DNA of 64,000 nucleotides, taken from assembly GCA_002269645.1 (NCBI GenBank), contig NIVC01000850.1, positions 310,001 to 374,000 of the forward strand, read 5' to 3'. A program made the position numbers and the translations under genes. Numbering within the stretch: position 1 is the first letter of the stretch; each line of letters starts with the position of its first letter. This document shows, one piece after another, positions 25,756-41,526 of the stretch. The notes beneath the pieces were generated by a model. The model saw only the letters and a list, made by a program, of their open reading frames with translations. It did not search any database and was not told the origin of the DNA. This DNA comes from Macrostomum lignano (taxonomy: Eukaryota).

Positions 25756-26211
25756 TGAAGAATATGATCATAAAAATAATAGGAAAAAATAATAAAAAAG
25801 GTGCGAACAGCACTAGAATGAAAGCCTCAGACATCTGATCCAAGCCATTCTAAACACTGCGCTCGCTTGCGTCATCACCAATCGAGCAGACTCTGAGCTG
25901 AGATAATTATCCTTTCTCCCCTTATCCACCAGAGTTACGTTTCTCCTCACTATTCAGGCAGTTTTCAGCATTCGGAGAAATGAAAAATCCCATGTTTAAA
26001 CCCCCCAGACTCTGTTTCGGGGCTCAGCTGGTTGCGCGGCTTGTTGCGCAATCAAAATCGGTTTCTCAACCGATGCCTGCATTTTCAGCCAGGCTGAGGG
26101 CGGGGCCGGAAGCACTTACTCATCTGAAGGCAGCTGTCTATTTCGTTTAGCCTTCAAATAGCGGTTTCTCTGAAGAATAAGTCCTCAGAGTTCCTCATAG
26201 AAACCCAAATC

Positions 26212-26537
26212 TTTCAGGGAGTCAAGACCTTCAGGGAGTCAAGTCCTTCAGGGAGTCAAGACCTTCAGAGAGTCAAAACCTTCAGGGAGTCAAGACCTTC
26301 AGGGAGTCAAGACCTTCAGGGAGTCAAGACCTTCAGGGAGTCAAGACCTTCAGGGAGTCAAGACCTTCAGGGAGTCAAGACCTTCAGGGAGTCAAGACCT
26401 TCAGGAAGTCAAGTCCTTCAGGGAGTCAAGACCTTCAGGGAGTCAAGACCTTCAGGGAGTCAAGACCTTCAGGGAGTCAAGTCCTTCAGACAGTCAAGAC
26501 CTTCAGGGAGTCAAGTCCTTCAGTTAGTCAAGTCCTG
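26212..26537. repeat. 17-bp minisatellite (TCAGGGAGTCAAGACCT)
   Basis: Period 17 (26282 to 26299). Confidence 0.95.
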
Positions 26538-27134
26538 AAGCTGGGGTCTGGCTTCAAGAATAGCATCCTGGAAAGCTGTCAATTTTTTCTAGCGATTGCA
26601 GTGTGACAACTTTATGGTTTCATAATGATCGAATTTCTACATTTAATTTCGCTTTACCTAACCTTCCCCAAGCAGCCCAGCAACAAAAAGCGAACTTGAC
26701 ACACATCAGGGCTCCGAGTGGAGTCTCCTGTATCGAGCTCCAGCCACTGCCTGAACTGGTGTGTGACACGCGAGGAATACCTGGGAAGCCTGCGATGACA
26801 CCTGGGGCAAAGTATAGAGTCAGAGAACGCAGACAGTTTTTCAGTGTCAAAACATTATTATGAAATATTAAATATGGGTTCCGAGTCTGAAGCCGGGAGC
26901 TGTAAATCTGTCTGTATGATTCCTGATTTTTTTATGATCAACCCTAGCAACAACTTCTGCAACACGATATCTTAACGCAGATTTTATAGCCTTTTGATGT
27001 ATCCGTTTTGGTCTGTTAGGTTTTTTTGTTTTATTTCGCTAAGATTTGGTTTCATTATGATTCTGAATTCTGGGGTTCTAAAATTGTCAGCCAGATTCTG
27101 AAATTGTCAAAAAATTTCCGAAACATTATAAAAG

Positions 27135-27925
27135 ATTCTGAGAGCTTCTGAATGATTCTGAAAGATTCTGGAGGACTCTGAAAGATTCTAGATGATTCTG
27201 AAAGATTCTAGATGATTCTGAAAGATTCTGGAGGATTCTGAAAGATTCTGAATGATTCTGAAAGATTCTGAATGATTCTGAAAGATTCTAGATGATTCTG
27301 AAAGATTCTGGATGATTCTGAAAGATTCTGGATGATTCTGAAAGATTCTGGATGATTCTAAAAGATTCTGGATGACTCTGAAAGATTCTGGATGATTCTA
27401 AAAGATTCTGGATGATTCTAAAAGATTCTGAATGATTCTGAAGGACTCTGAAAGATTCTGGATGATTCTGGATGATTCTAGATGATTCTGAAAGATTCTG
27501 GATGATTCTGAAAGATTCTGGATGATTCTGAAAGACTCTGGATGATTCTGAAAGATTCTGGGTGATTCTGAAAGATTCTGAATGATTCTAAAAGATTCTG
27601 AATGATTCTGGATGATTCTGGATGATTCTGAAAGATTCTGGATGATTCTAAAAGATTCTGAATGATTCTGGATGATTCTGAAAGATTCTGGATGATTCTG
27701 AAAGATTCTGGATGATTCTGAAAGACTCTGGATGATTCTGAAAGATTCTGGGTGATTCTGAAAGATTCTAGATGATTCTGAAAGATTCTGGATGATTCTG
27801 AAAGATTCAGAATGATTCTGAAAGACTCTGAATGATTCTGAAAGATTCTGGATGATTCTGAAAGATTCAGAATGATTCTGAAAGACTCTGAATGATTCTG
27901 AAAGATTCTGGATGATTCTGAAATA
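27135..27925. repeat. 20-bp (2 x 10) minisatellite (GAAAGATTCTGGATGATTCT)
   Basis: Direct periodicity. Confidence 0.95.
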
Positions 27926-28737
27926 TTTTGACGGATTAGGATTACTGACTCAGCAGCTGCAGTATCTAAGAAAGTGTACTATCAACTTGAGAGAGTTTTT
28001 ATTAAATTTTTGAATACCAGTACTTAATAAATGTCATCGGACAATACAATTAGACAAATTAAATTATCCAGAATGAATAACCAAAAAAGTATAGTCTGCA
28101 TTTTAGTCGCAATAGTTCCCATTCTACTAGTAATCGTTACTCTCTTCTCCTCGCATTCCTATTGGCTAGAATCTCAGCCAATGAGAATAGGCCTAAGATC
28201 CAAAATGGCGGCCCTGTTGGGGTGGGGTGGGTGAATCCTGGGCAAGGGGAGGGCGGCAGTGTCAGAGAGGGGTTGGACTGACCAGCCTTTTTACGATAAA
28301 GCTCAAGTCAGCAGACCAGTACAGCGGGCCCAGAACCGGCAAAGACATTAACAACAATCTGCTTGAGAATATTAAAGAATAAAAAACTTTGAAACGAACG
28401 AATTTCAACCTGCACAAACCAGATAGACAAACTTATCTTTATTAGGTTCCTCCTGTGTTCTTGCCGCTCGGCTTAAGGTTTATTAAACTCAGAACAAATT
28501 ATTATTAGTGAATGGTTGCAATATTTACAGCTGGACAATACTTTTAAGACAATAGATTTAATCTGACGAGGCGAAATCGTTTATTGCTATGCGGCTACAA
28601 GCTGGAACTACGAGCTGGTTGCAGATTTTAATTCAATAAGTGAGTAACTAAGTGAGCACGTGTGTTTGGCTTTGCTTGTTTTGGTAGATATTTTATGGGA
28701 ATACGACCGTATTGACACTTGAAGCACACTAGGGTAT

Positions 28738-28750
28738 TAGAGAGAAGAGG

Positions 28751-28824
<74 letters not shown>

Positions 28825-29200
28825 TGGGTGGAGATCGAGCAGAGAGATGGAGAGAAGAGGTGAAGACTGAGCAGAGAGATGGAGAGAAGAGGTGGAGATC
28901 GAGCAGAGAGATGGAGAGAAGAGGTGGAGACTGAGCAGAGAGATGGAGAGAAGAGGTGGAGACTGAGCAGAGAGATGGAGAGAAGCGGTGGAGACTGAGC
29001 AGAGAGATGGAGAGAAGCGGTGGAGACTGAGCAGAGAGATGGAGAGAAGAGGTGGAGACTGAGCAGAGAGATGGAGAGGCGGTGGAGACTGAGCAGAGAG
29101 ATGGAGAGAAGAGGTGGAGACTGAGCAGAGAGATGGAGAGAAGAGGTGGAGACTGAGCAGAGAGATGGAGAGAAGAGGTGGAGACTGAGCAGAGAGATCT

Positions 29201-29286
<86 letters not shown>
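28738..29286. repeat. 32-bp minisatellite (GAGCAGAGAGATGGAGAGAAGAGGTGGAGACT) nested between (GA)n tracts
   Basis: Period 32 (28933 to 28965), flanked by (GA)n on both sides. Confidence 0.9.
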
Positions 29287-29287
<1 letters not shown>

Positions 29288-29948
29288 CGTGAGATCCTAG
29301 TGGGGCAGCTCATGCTATTACTTATCAAGGCCTCAGTAACTCCCAGTAGCGCCCAGCATGAGCTTCCATAATTGATAATTAAGTTGAGCGGGCTGGTTGA
29401 GAACGCGACTGACACACAGTACCGCTTGTACACGAAGGCTTCCCTTTTTAATACGCGCGCATGTGGCGACCATGTGGTTACAGAATACGGATTTCCTCAA
29501 CTCATTCAATATTTAAGCACGGCAAACATCTGCAAACTCAGGGCAAATCTCTCCCGAAAAGGAGGTGAGTGGCTTGAGGGGATAACTAACTCCCCTGCTA
29601 AAATCGTTGAACCTTCAGTAAGACAAAATGCCGGCTTGCGTATTAGGACGGCACTCTGATGAGCACTCTGATGAGCACTCTGATGAGCACTCTGCGATGG
29701 CTGACAGGCAAGTAATGTAGCCGCTGGCTGATTCCATTTCTGTTTGCTGAGAATCGTCTCAGGCTGTTCACTCATTGTATCTTGGGCTAGAAACTGCTCA
29801 CTGCGATAGTCTCTCTCGTTTGGCTTCGCTCAGCTCTTACTCACGGCTTCAGTAGGTAATAACCTACAATTTAATCTATTAGCAGCTATTCAAAGGTTTC
29901 CTACCATGCCAACCAGCTCAGGTGTGCTAATTATATTCTGTGTTCTAT

Positions 29949-30731
<783 letters not shown>

Positions 30732-31604
30732 CTCCCCACTCCCACACTGAGTGCCACTCGCTGTCCAGCTCGCTACAGAAGAGCCACAACGGCAGTAGTT
30801 AATTCCCAGTGTCTTAAGAGCCGTTGTGTTGCGAGCCAACCTCTCTTCCTTGTTTGAGCTCACTGAGTCCAGGGCTATCAGCCCACCTTACTCACACTTA
30901 CTTAACTTGTTCCTTTTGACTCTCCCGAAGCCATTGTTGATCCATAGCTCCGGGGCAGCCAAGTGGCTGAATGGTGTATGCAACCCCCACCCCAACACAC
31001 TGATAATCCATTCTCCATAATGATATCCAAACTACCAATTGTTTGGCATTGTGTCTGTATCGAAAATACGGTATTATATGCGAAATGCCAGAGAGCCACA
31101 TTTAGTTTCTAAGACTTACTGCACACAACATACATTATAAAGCTACACACAGAACCCCATTGCAAGCAAGCTAAGTGAGTCTCCAATTCAAATTCAACTC
31201 AACCATGGACTACTAAGCGACTCTCTCTAATTAGTGTCTGGATTTGATTAAAAAAATCCCTAACAGAAATGAGTCAAGCAAGTTGTTCTATCCAACTAGC
31301 ATTGGTACTCCATGACTTCACCCTACCGTCTCATAACTTTACTAACCTGACTGACCTACCAGCAGAAATTCTTTAGCAAACTTCCCATATCGTGGGGATA
31401 TGAGGGTGAGATCTGGGGGGGGGGCGTTAGAGGGAGAGGGGAGAGGGGAGAAGGCACGAAATAAAAAGAACTTAGAGAAGTTTTGGTCAGTCAGTTATTA
31501 CTTATTTGTTGAGTACAGTCAGAAAAGCACAGAATGTTTCTTTTGCAAGATACCATGAGAGACAGACTGACCTAGAGGGAGAAAACCTAAATCCTAGAGG
31601 AGAT

Positions 31605-31895
31605 AGAGATACGAAGATGAGAGAGCAGAGGATAGAGATGCGATAGTAGAGGATAGAGATGCGAGAGTAAAGGATAGAGATGCGAGAGTAGAGGATAGAG
31701 ATGCGAGAGCAGAGGATAGAGATGCGAGAGTAGAGGATAGAGATGCGAGAGCAGAGGATAGAGATGCGAGAGTAGAGGATAGAGATGCGAGAGCAGAGGA
31801 TAGAGATGCGATAGTAGAGGATAGAGATGCGAGAGCAGAGGATAGAGATGCGAGAGTAGAGGATAGAGATGCGAGAGTAGAGGGTAGAGTAGAGG
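31605..31895. repeat. 21-bp minisatellite (GAGGATAGAGATGCGAGAGTA)
   Basis: Direct periodicity. Confidence 0.9.
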
Positions 31896-32711
31896 AAGAG
31901 AATAGAAACGAGAGGAGAGTATACAAATGTTAGATTAGAGAATAGAGATAGCAGAAGAAAGAGATTTGAGAGGAAATTTGGGGCTAAGAGATTGCAAACC
32001 CTATTTGAAGGCAATTCAAGGCGCTAAAACAAATGCAATCTAAAAAATTGAAATCTCCAGACCCCAGTATGTTCAAAGGTTCTGGTACTCCTTTAATGTC
32101 CGCGCACCCTCCAGGTCAGGGTCTTTACAAATAAGAACTGAGAACCCGCCTTTGCAACTGCAAGGTTGCAGAAGAATTCTTGATTTTTTACAAGCTGTAG
32201 CATGCACCACTACTCTGCATGCATATCAGTATATGCATGGTGTCTCAGTGCTGTGGAGTTACTGGTATCAGAGTGCGTGTTATATTATAGGCCTGCAATA
32301 AATTCCAGTGCAACAAAAAAGTAAATAAAACTTCTTTTCTTATCGGAGTCGGAACATGATTGTGCTTTTTTGCTTCTTTTAGAAGCAGTTATCTTCTCAC
32401 TTGCCAGACTGTCCCAGTCCAGATGCTAGCAACAGTGATCTTGGTCACCGCATATATAACAAATTTAGTCCGCGAAGTCAAGCCCTAAGAATGCCATAAA
32501 CAGTAGTGTTAAGCGCAATCTTAGTCATAGGAATGGCATCTATTCCATGCTTGGTTAAAAAGAATGGCTTTAGGAGTAAAGGATTAGAAACCTTTTATTG
32601 TAGTTCATTCTTGGAGTTTCCCTCCGGCTTTATTTGGAATGGTATTTTTTGAAAAGAAAGAGCTATTTCTTTTAGTGTGACTTTTTTCCCTCATTCTTGA
32701 TGAAAATTACA

Positions 32712-34558
32712 AGTGCTATTAGAGTGCTAATTACAGTGCTATTAGGGTGCTAATTCTAGTGCTATTTTAAGGCGCTAATTCCAGTGCTATTAGAGTGCTA
32801 ATACCAGTGCTATTAGAGTGCTAATTCCAGTGCTATTAGGGTGCTAATTCTAGTGCTATTTTAAGGCGTTAACTCCAGTGCTATTAGGGTGCTATTTACA
32901 GTGCTATTAGGGTGCTAACTACAATGCTATTAGGGTGCTAACTACAGTGCTATTAGAGTGCTAATACCAGTGCTATTATGGTGCTAATACCAGTGCTATT
33001 ATGGTGCTAACTACAGTGCTATTAGGGTCCTAATTCCAGTGCTATTATGGTGCTAACTACAGTGCTATTAGAGTGCTAATACCAGTGCTATTATGGTGCT
33101 AACTACAGTGCTATTAGGGTGCTATTTACAGTGCTATTAGAGTGCTAATACCAGTGCTATTAGAGTGCTAAGTACAGTGCTATTAGGGTGCTAACTACAG
33201 TGCTATTAGAGTGCTAATTACAGTGCTATTAGAGTGCTAATTCCAGTGCTATTAGGGTGCTAACTACAGTGCTATTGTGGCGCTAATTTTAGTGCTATTA
33301 GGGGTGCTAACTACAGTGCTATTAGGGTGCTAACTACAGTGCTATTAGAGCGCTAATGTCAGTGCTATTAGGGTGCTAATTCCAGTGCTATTAGGGTGCT
33401 AATTCCAGTGCTATTATGGTGCTAATTCCAGTGCTATTAGGGTGCTAACTACAGTGCTATTAGGGTGCTAACTACAGTGCTATTAGAGCGCTAATGTCAG
33501 TGCTATTAGGGTGCTAATTCCAGTGCTATTAGGGTGCTAATTCCAGTGCTATTAGGGTGCTAATTCCAGTGCTATTATGGTGCTAATTCCAGTGCTATTA
33601 GGGTGCTAACTACAGTGCTATTGTGGCGCTAATTTTAGTGCTATTAGGGGTGCTAATTCCAGTGCTATTAGGGTGCTAACTACAGTGCTATTAGGGTGCT
33701 AACTACAGTGCTATTAGAGCGCTAATGTCAGTGCTATTAGGGTGCTAATTCCAGTGCTATTAGGGTGCTAATTCCAGTGCTATTATGGTGCTAATTCCAG
33801 TGCTATTAGGGTGCTAATTCCAGTGCTATTAGGGTGCTAATTCCAGTGCTATTAGGGTGCTAATTCCAGTGCTATTAGGGGCGCTAATTCCAGTGCTATT
33901 AGGGTGCTAACTACAGTGCTATTAGAGCGCTAATGTCAGTGCTATTAGGGTGCTAACTACAGTGCTATTAGGGGTGCTAATTCCAGTGCTATTAGGGTGC
34001 TAACTACAGTGCTATTAAGGTGCTAACTACAGTGCTATTAGAGCGCTAATGTCAGTGCTATTAGGGTGCTAATTCCAGTGCTATTAGGGTGCTAATTCCA
34101 GTGCTATTAGGGTGCTAATTCCAGTGCTATTAGGGTGCTAACTACAGTGCTATTAGAGCGCTAATGTCAGTGCTATTAGGGTGCTAATTCCAGTGCTATT
34201 AGGGTGCTAATTCCAGTGCTATTAGGGTGCTAATTCCAGTGCTATTAGGGTGCTAACTACAGCGCTATTAGGGTGCTAATTCCAGTGCAATTAGGGTGCT
34301 AATTCCAGTGCTATTAGGGTGCTAATTCCAGTGCTATTAGGGTGCTAACTACAGCGCTATTAGGGTGCTAATTCCAGTGCAATTAGGGTGCTAATTCCAG
34401 TGCTTTTAGGGTGCTAATTCCAGTGCTATTAGGGTGCTAATTCCAGTGCTATTAGGGTGCTAATTCCAGTGCTATTAGGGGCGCTAATTCCAGTGCTATT
34501 AGGGGTGCTAATTCCAGTGCTATTAGGGGCGCTAATTCCAGTGCTATTAGGGTGCTAT
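32712..34558. repeat. 23-bp minisatellite (GTGCTATTAGGGTGCTAATTCCA), about 80 copies
   Basis: Direct periodicity; the consensus contains TTAGGG. Confidence 0.95.
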
Positions 34559-34782
34559 TTTTTGTTTAATATACCACCTCACTCAGGATTCTATGAGGCA
34601 CATAAGTTGTCACATCAATTTCTCACCCCCACAGGCACCAGAAGACACTTCGCCTTTGATTCAGCCCTGTTTGTACATTTTCCCTCGCCGACACGGCAAA
34701 AGGTGAGTTTAATTAAAATGTATGTTACTTTCTAGATGACGAAATTTATGATACTAATAGTCGCTAAGTTGTTGCGCTCTCT

Positions 34783-34796
34783 TGATGACGTCATCA
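34783..34796. promoter_or_regulatory. 14-bp perfect palindrome TGATGACGTCATCA (CRE/ATF site) next to TAATTA homeodomain-type motifs
   Basis: Motif read directly; function inferred. Confidence 0.35.
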
Positions 34797-35796
34797 CTAA
34801 TTAATAAGGTTAATTAAAGTTGAAATAAAAATTAGTAATGCTACTATATAATAAGCTATCAGTGGAGACTCGAGTACATTGAGTCAAGAATATTTTTTGC
34901 AAATCCTGTCCAACTCTCCTATCAGATCCTATTAGCTTCAAGAACTGACGGGGGGATTCAACTGCCCTTGGCTACTCATCAAGGGAGAATTTCAACAGTG
35001 CTTTACCCTCAGTGGAAGAATGCTTCTTTACAGTTGACTGGAGAGTGAAAGGGGCGAAAACAGGGGGGGGGAGATGAAAGACGCCAAATACAGCTAGCCA
35101 CTGGGATAATTATATCCGAGGGAGGCTGGAGTCCCACCTACCCAATGATGACGTAACCGTGGGCGGCTTGATAGATTTAAGCTGCGGCGAGAGCAAATTC
35201 ATGCGAATGTCTATCTTATATACTAGAAAGAAAAAAAGGGATCGGGTATTTCTGCCGAATTTTACTCAACGGGCCGCCCTTGAAACTTGAGCAACCGTAG
35301 ACAGTGGAAAGCTCGTGTAGGGCCTTTCGTGGGGGCCCTCTGTCTGGCGTGTGACTTTGTTCTTTGATCGCCCGGGCAGAGGGGCCGCTCCTCCTTCTCC
35401 ATCTGATGTTTTCAAGGCCGCTGCTTCTCTAGTTTTTCATTCCGTTTGTCGGCGAATAAAATTTGGCAGTCGTGACCGAAATGGGGGATAATTTAGTTTG
35501 GCGAGCTTTATAGAAATCCCATATGGGAATGGGACAGCTTTGTCTGAGGCTCAGCCTTCCTAGCCTGTAATCTGTGGCGCTGCCACCCGCGCTCTCCTCT
35601 GCCTGCGGACTCGAAGGTTTTAACGGAGGCAAGTCTTTGCCACACACCTGAGCTTTGTTGCAATGAGGGATTAATTGATAAGCAGACTGCCTTCATGCAG
35701 TTGTTAACACGCTGTATAATAGAAATGTAATAACATGGTTGGTTATATAGTAGGACTGTTATATCTAATTTTACCTGGCTATACAACATGTAATAC

Positions 35797-36220
<424 letters not shown>

Positions 36221-36959
36221 GCACAGTATTTGCGTAGCTTGTCCGACAGTCAACGTTTAAACAATCGAAAATTCTTTTTTACATACACGCCCTTAGATTC
36301 CTATCAAAAGGTTTTTTACAATGATGAAGTGCATGATGAAGGAGTGGGGAAGCCACAGCCTCCCCCTCACTGTCCTCAAATCGCTGAACTTCAGTGCGGA
36401 CTGCGGCAGTAGCAGCAGTTTGCAAGCAATGCTGGTTGCTGGCTGCACATGAGGAGAGAGGAGGCTGATAGCATGGAGGCTGTGTGGCTCCCCTGGCATT
36501 TTCATGGTGCACCCAGCCAACCAACTGCAGTCGCGTATTCAGCCAGTGTGTAAGTTTGACAACCCGCTGACAACCGCTGCGGCAGGATATTATTTCTGGG
36601 ATGGCGGAATCGTTGAAAGGATCGCATAGTGGAGGGGGGTTGGACTTTGACGTCAGTTTAATTGGTATTAGGCCCCGTTATGGGTGGTAGGTAGAGTTCA
36701 GCTCTGGCCAGCCGATGGAAGTTGTGTCGGAAGTCCCCACAGCAACAGAATTAGTGTGGAATGGGGAGGGCTTGGTGCCAGCCGCAGTGTTGCCCTGTCC
36801 CGATTCTCAAGTGCGGAGAATGATGCATGATTTTAGATGGGGATTGTCGCGATTCCAGTCCCATAGGTGCCTGCCAGACACACAGGCCTCAGTAAGCATT
36901 TCCTTTGACAATAAACATCGTTTTTTTGAGTCTGCTTTCTATTATTAGAAAACTGGGGT

Positions 36960-37492
36960 AAGATCAGTTATAGGATTTGGGATCAATTATGGGATTGGGG
37001 GTCAATTATGGGATTGGGGGTCAATTATGGGATTGGGGGTCAATTATGGGATTGGGGGTCAATTACGAGATTTATGGTCAATTATGGGATTTATGACCAA
37101 TTATAGGATTTTATGATCAATTATTGGATTTGAGATCAATTATGGGATTTGAGATAAATTATGAGATTTTGGGATCAGTTATGGTATTCGGTATCAATTA
37201 TGGGATTGGGATCAATTATGGGATTTGGGATCAATTATGGGATTTGGGCTCAATTATGGGATTTGGTATCGATTATGGGATTGGGATCAATTATGGGATT
37301 TGGGATCAATTATGGGATTTGGGATCAATTATGGGATTTGGGATCAATTATGGGATTTGTGATCAATTATGGGATTTGGGATCAATTATGTGATTTGGGA
37401 TCAATTGTGGAATTTGGTAGCGATTATGGGATTTGGGATCAATTATGGGATTGGGGATAAAAAGTGGGATTTGGGATCAATTATGGGATTGA
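36960..37492. repeat. 19-bp minisatellite (GGGATTTGGGATCAATTAT)
   Basis: Period 19 (37302 to 37321). Confidence 0.9.
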
Positions 37493-38373
37493 GCAATGGA
37501 CAAGGATTGTTATCGGGAATTAGGTTTTAGAAACTTTCACTAAAATGCATCAAATTTCGGGATCAAAGTCGCGGCTCGGGAATAAAGGACCGACCAGGTG
37601 TTCAGTTTGCGGAGAGCTGGACTAAAATTCATGCAAAGAAAAGTAAAACAAGAACGTGCTCAAGTGCCCTCCCTCATTGGCCAAAATTCAATTCATTAAT
37701 TTCTGAGAAGCCGAACTGGGAGGAGCTGAGAGCCTGAGCAACAGGGGCTGCTCAATCTTGAAGAAATTCTTAAAGCAGACAGGCTGGCAGAATCTCAAGG
37801 CTGCTGAGACTGAGACGACAGAGGAAGGAACAGAAGTGGTTGGGGCTGGCTATCCATAAAACTAGCTCAATGATGGATCCGAATAACCGTTTTGGGTAGT
37901 TGGTTGCTATGCCAAAGTTCCTTTCGAGGGGGGGGGGATTTTTGACAGGCATCCATGAGACCTGGCCTAAATTGGTTGGGGAGAAAAGTGACCGAGCTTT
38001 AAGCAAAGTTGAGGGGTGAGGGATTAACGAGGCTGTAGAAATCCGAGAGTAGGCAAAACTCGGCTTAGGTTGCTGAGCCGCCTCCGAGAGCATAGCAACT
38101 CGAAAAAGAGAGAGGAGGCTGGCTTGGCCAACTTTGAGTGGCTTCTTTTTGAGACAAGCCGCTTGTTTGCCCAGCTCTCGTTATGGTTGCCTTGGTCTCC
38201 AAGATTGGTCTCTCAGTCGTGACCTGATCATATCAGTGGAGTCAAGTCCTGACCGACCGACCGACCGACTCATCTTTTTGCCGCAACTGCAGATTTATTA
38301 ATCTGTTAATGACTTTTGTTTGGTTGATAGGGTTGATATATTGATAGAATAGTTTATTCATGCATTGATAGGT

Positions 38374-38436
38374 TGGGCCGTAGCCCAGTGGTCTGGCGCG
38401 GCCCTCTGATGTCCCAGCAGCCCAGGCTCGATTCCA
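38374..38436 (+). mobile_element. Degenerate tRNA-derived head (SINE remnant or tRNA pseudogene)
   Basis: Pol III A-box TAGCCCAGTGG at 38381 and B-box-like GGCTCGATTCC at about 38425; the cloverleaf cannot be completed. Confidence 0.4.
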
Positions 38437-38854
38437 AATGCAGTATCATTTACTTGGAGCTAAATTGAAATCTCAGCTTGGCTCTGCTCGTGCAATTAAC
38501 GTCATTGAGGACCGACCCCCCAAGGCACAGTGAAGTGTACATGCCTAACGATAAAATAAAGTTAGGGCCGCTGTGCACTCCTGTGTGAGTGTGTGCCTGC
38601 GTACGTATCCGCGCGCTCGTGTGCCTGCTCAGGGGAGTCGGCGGAATGGGCAGTAATGCCTCTCGCCGGTTGTGCGACAATGTCGCTTAAAGTGCGCCCT
38701 GATTTAACTTGATAAATTGATAGATTCACAGATCAACTAATGGATTTCCATATTTGTAATGGATACCATTGCTGGCGCACTGCATGTACAAATATGATAC
38801 TCGAGTGTCGCTAATTATCTTCATTAGAGGAACCCACAAACTTCCAAGTCTTTG

Positions 38855-38916
38855 TGACGTCATAGGAGCGTAATGACGTCATACACAGGGCTATTTGCTA
38901 GAGGAGGTCACGTGAC
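38855..38916. promoter_or_regulatory. Cluster of two full CRE sites (TGACGTCA at 38855 and 38874) and a palindromic E-box GTCACGTGAC (38907)
   Basis: Three palindromic motifs within 62 bp, about 5 kb upstream of the protocadherin ATG; function inferred. Confidence 0.45.
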
Positions 38917-39438
38917 TGACCCAGCAGGCCTGAAAATTGAGCAGAATTGAGTCGACTAAAAAATAATTTAGCTTTCCAAAACTTTTTTCATACCGGATAT
39001 CAATTCAGATAGTTCTTGTTAATCCTAACTGCCTTCTCAAACATGTCGATTCACCTTTGCAATCAGCCGACCCCAACTCTCAGACATGCCGTACTGATGA
39101 GGCAGGTCACTGCGGATGAGGCGAAAAGACTCCGATACACAAAGGAGGCCTGACATTCCGGCCAAGCAAACTCAAAGACGACTCTTCTTGCAAGTCGCTT
39201 CTTTCATTCTTGAGCCTCTGTTTGGGCTCTGAAAGATTAATAAATAACGAGCTAGCCAGAATTGGATTCCTTCAGCCCTTTGAAGCTGCGATAGTCTTTC
39301 ATCTTTGTCACCGGAAATTGTGACTCCCTTCTGGCTCCTCCTCTGCCTCCTATTATTCAGAATCCTTTGCTGTTTTTAGAACAACTGTGGCAAACAGATG
39401 CTCATAGCTAGTTAGTTTATGTAGCTTAGACAGACACA

Positions 39439-39549
<111 letters not shown>

Positions 39550-40047
39550 TAGCTTCAAGTATTCGCTCGTTTTTCAGTCAATGAACTTGGGGATAATTCT
39601 CCCTTATATTCATCTTCCGTATATGCTAAGCTGGCATTCGGTTTCCTTGGTAGAGGGAAGTGAGCAATCAATCAGCACCGCGGAGACCACCGGGAATAAT
39701 CCACTTCTTCATCTCTCTCTCATTGCGTGATTTCGCTGCCGGGCTCCACGTTCCCCATATAGGTTAAAACACCACGAGCCACGAGGTCCCCAGTTCGCGC
39801 GCTCTCTCTCCTGCTCCGATCTCTCTACTCAATTTCCATTTTCGTTTTTTCCCGATAAGAATCGACACGATCGCCGCAAATGAAGCCGCTACATAGAGAA
39901 CAGTTTCTGATGACGCAACCCGTTGCTTTGGCCTGAGGGAGGGTGGCTTGACGCTTGTTCTCCATCAGAGATGCAGAGGAGAAAGTCTCGACAGCCGATA
40001 TGTATCGTAGGCAATATTATCAAGCATAGTTTTATGCTTTAGACTCT

Positions 40048-40340
40048 GCAGGGAGTTGAAGCCTAGTGATCAGAGCGTCGGACTCACGGCTGAAAAGTCG
40101 GGGGTTCGATTCCCGACCTACTCGGAACAATTTGTGTCCTTTAGCAAGACGCCTAACTCTGCATTGCTTCAGTTCTACCAGCTGTAAAATGGGTGCCAGC
40201 ATTAGCTGGGGTAATTGAGGCTGTGTGTGTGGCGACCCCCCAGTCCTTGGACCGAACAGCCGTACGCAGCCTTCAGATGCGACGCGCAATAGCTGCGGTT
40301 GAGCTGTCGGTTGCCCATCTGGCCCAATTAGGGCAGGTGG
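40048..40340 (+). mobile_element. tRNA-derived SINE with a CORE/MIR-like central domain, copy 1
   Basis: A-box-like AGCCTAGTG, B-box GGTTCGATTCC (40103), central GTGTCCTTTAGCAAGAC...TTCAGTTCTACCAGCTGTAAAATGGGT; alignable by eye with copy 2. Confidence 0.8.
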
Positions 40341-41106
40341 TATCAATTAGTGTTATTAATACGCGGATCCGCGTGACAACAGCCCTCGGAGTCGAACCCC
40401 GGACCTCTGGGCGCAATAATCAGACCCTTAGCGGACACAGTTCTTCGTTTAGCATAATTTCAAAGAATTCAAACAAAATCATCCGCCAAGTCAGATAACA
40501 CAGTCGAGTCCTGTAATTAATTCCATCCGTCTGCTTATCACAGCAAAACGGCCAGTCGGTCGCTGTGGAAAGAAACACAGCGTCCGAGTTACGACGCTTT
40601 TGCAATTTACGTTGCGAGCAGAAAAAATGCGCACCGACTCCATGGCGGGGAGATAAGGACGACGTAGACACCCGTCCCCGAGCCATAAATTCTTATCAGG
40701 GAAATTTCCCAGAAATTGGGAGGAGAAGGAGGAGGAGGGGGGCGTAATCTCGAGTCTTTTTTGAGCAGCAGCTCAATTGGAGCTTGGGGAATGCCAAGCC
40801 AAGCTTTAGAGGAAGATTGGCCTCTGATGACCCATGGCTGGGTCCCAGATCATTCTCGGCTGTTTGCTCAGCCTGAGCCGCTACAACTCGTTTTCGGGAG
40901 GCTGCCTTGGCGTCGTATTAAAACCATTTAGCCAGCTAATTTATTCCGTTGTCGGCTGACGGGCCCCATTGGGAGTGGGTTGGAGGAGCGGCGGTTTAAC
41001 CGAGTTCGAGAATCGCGATATTCAGAGAGCGAATATCGCGATTTTAAAACGAAAAAATCTGCATTTATTTAAAGCAATTATTGTCAAACTGCTCTAAATG
41101 CCTTTG

Positions 41107-41225
41107 GCTCTGTCCCCTCTGTCCCCTCTGTCCCCTGTCCCCTTCTAGTGACCCTCTGTCCCCTTCTAGTGACCCCTGTCCCCTTCTAGTGACCCCCTGT
41201 CCCCTTCTAGTGACCCCTGTCCCTT
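41107..41225. repeat. Short 20-21-bp array (TGTCCCCTTCTAGTGACCCC)
   Basis: Direct. Confidence 0.8.
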
Positions 41226-41526
41226 TCTAACCCCCGCAACCTGTGTCACCTGACCATGCATTTCACACTTTATTAATAAATTACTGGTACCATGACGGGT
41301 TCCCACGAATATTTTGCTCGCAAAGTGACGAGTGCTGCTTTGACAGATTTTTCCTATAGGCAATCATATTTGATTGACAGATTCAAAAATATAAAAAATC
41401 GTTTTTTTTATGACGCACTATACGAGTATAGAGAGTCTCCATGAGTTAATCCTTCAGATAGGTTCGTGTCAGACTGATTTTTTACGAGTAGGTATGCCTA
41501 AGCCATGAGATCTAGCACCTACATGT

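Noticed and set aside
40385-40440. Minus-strand tRNA-like B-box (GGGGTTCGACTCC) next to SINE copy 1
   Set aside because: No matching A-box or cloverleaf; at most a decayed SINE fragment.
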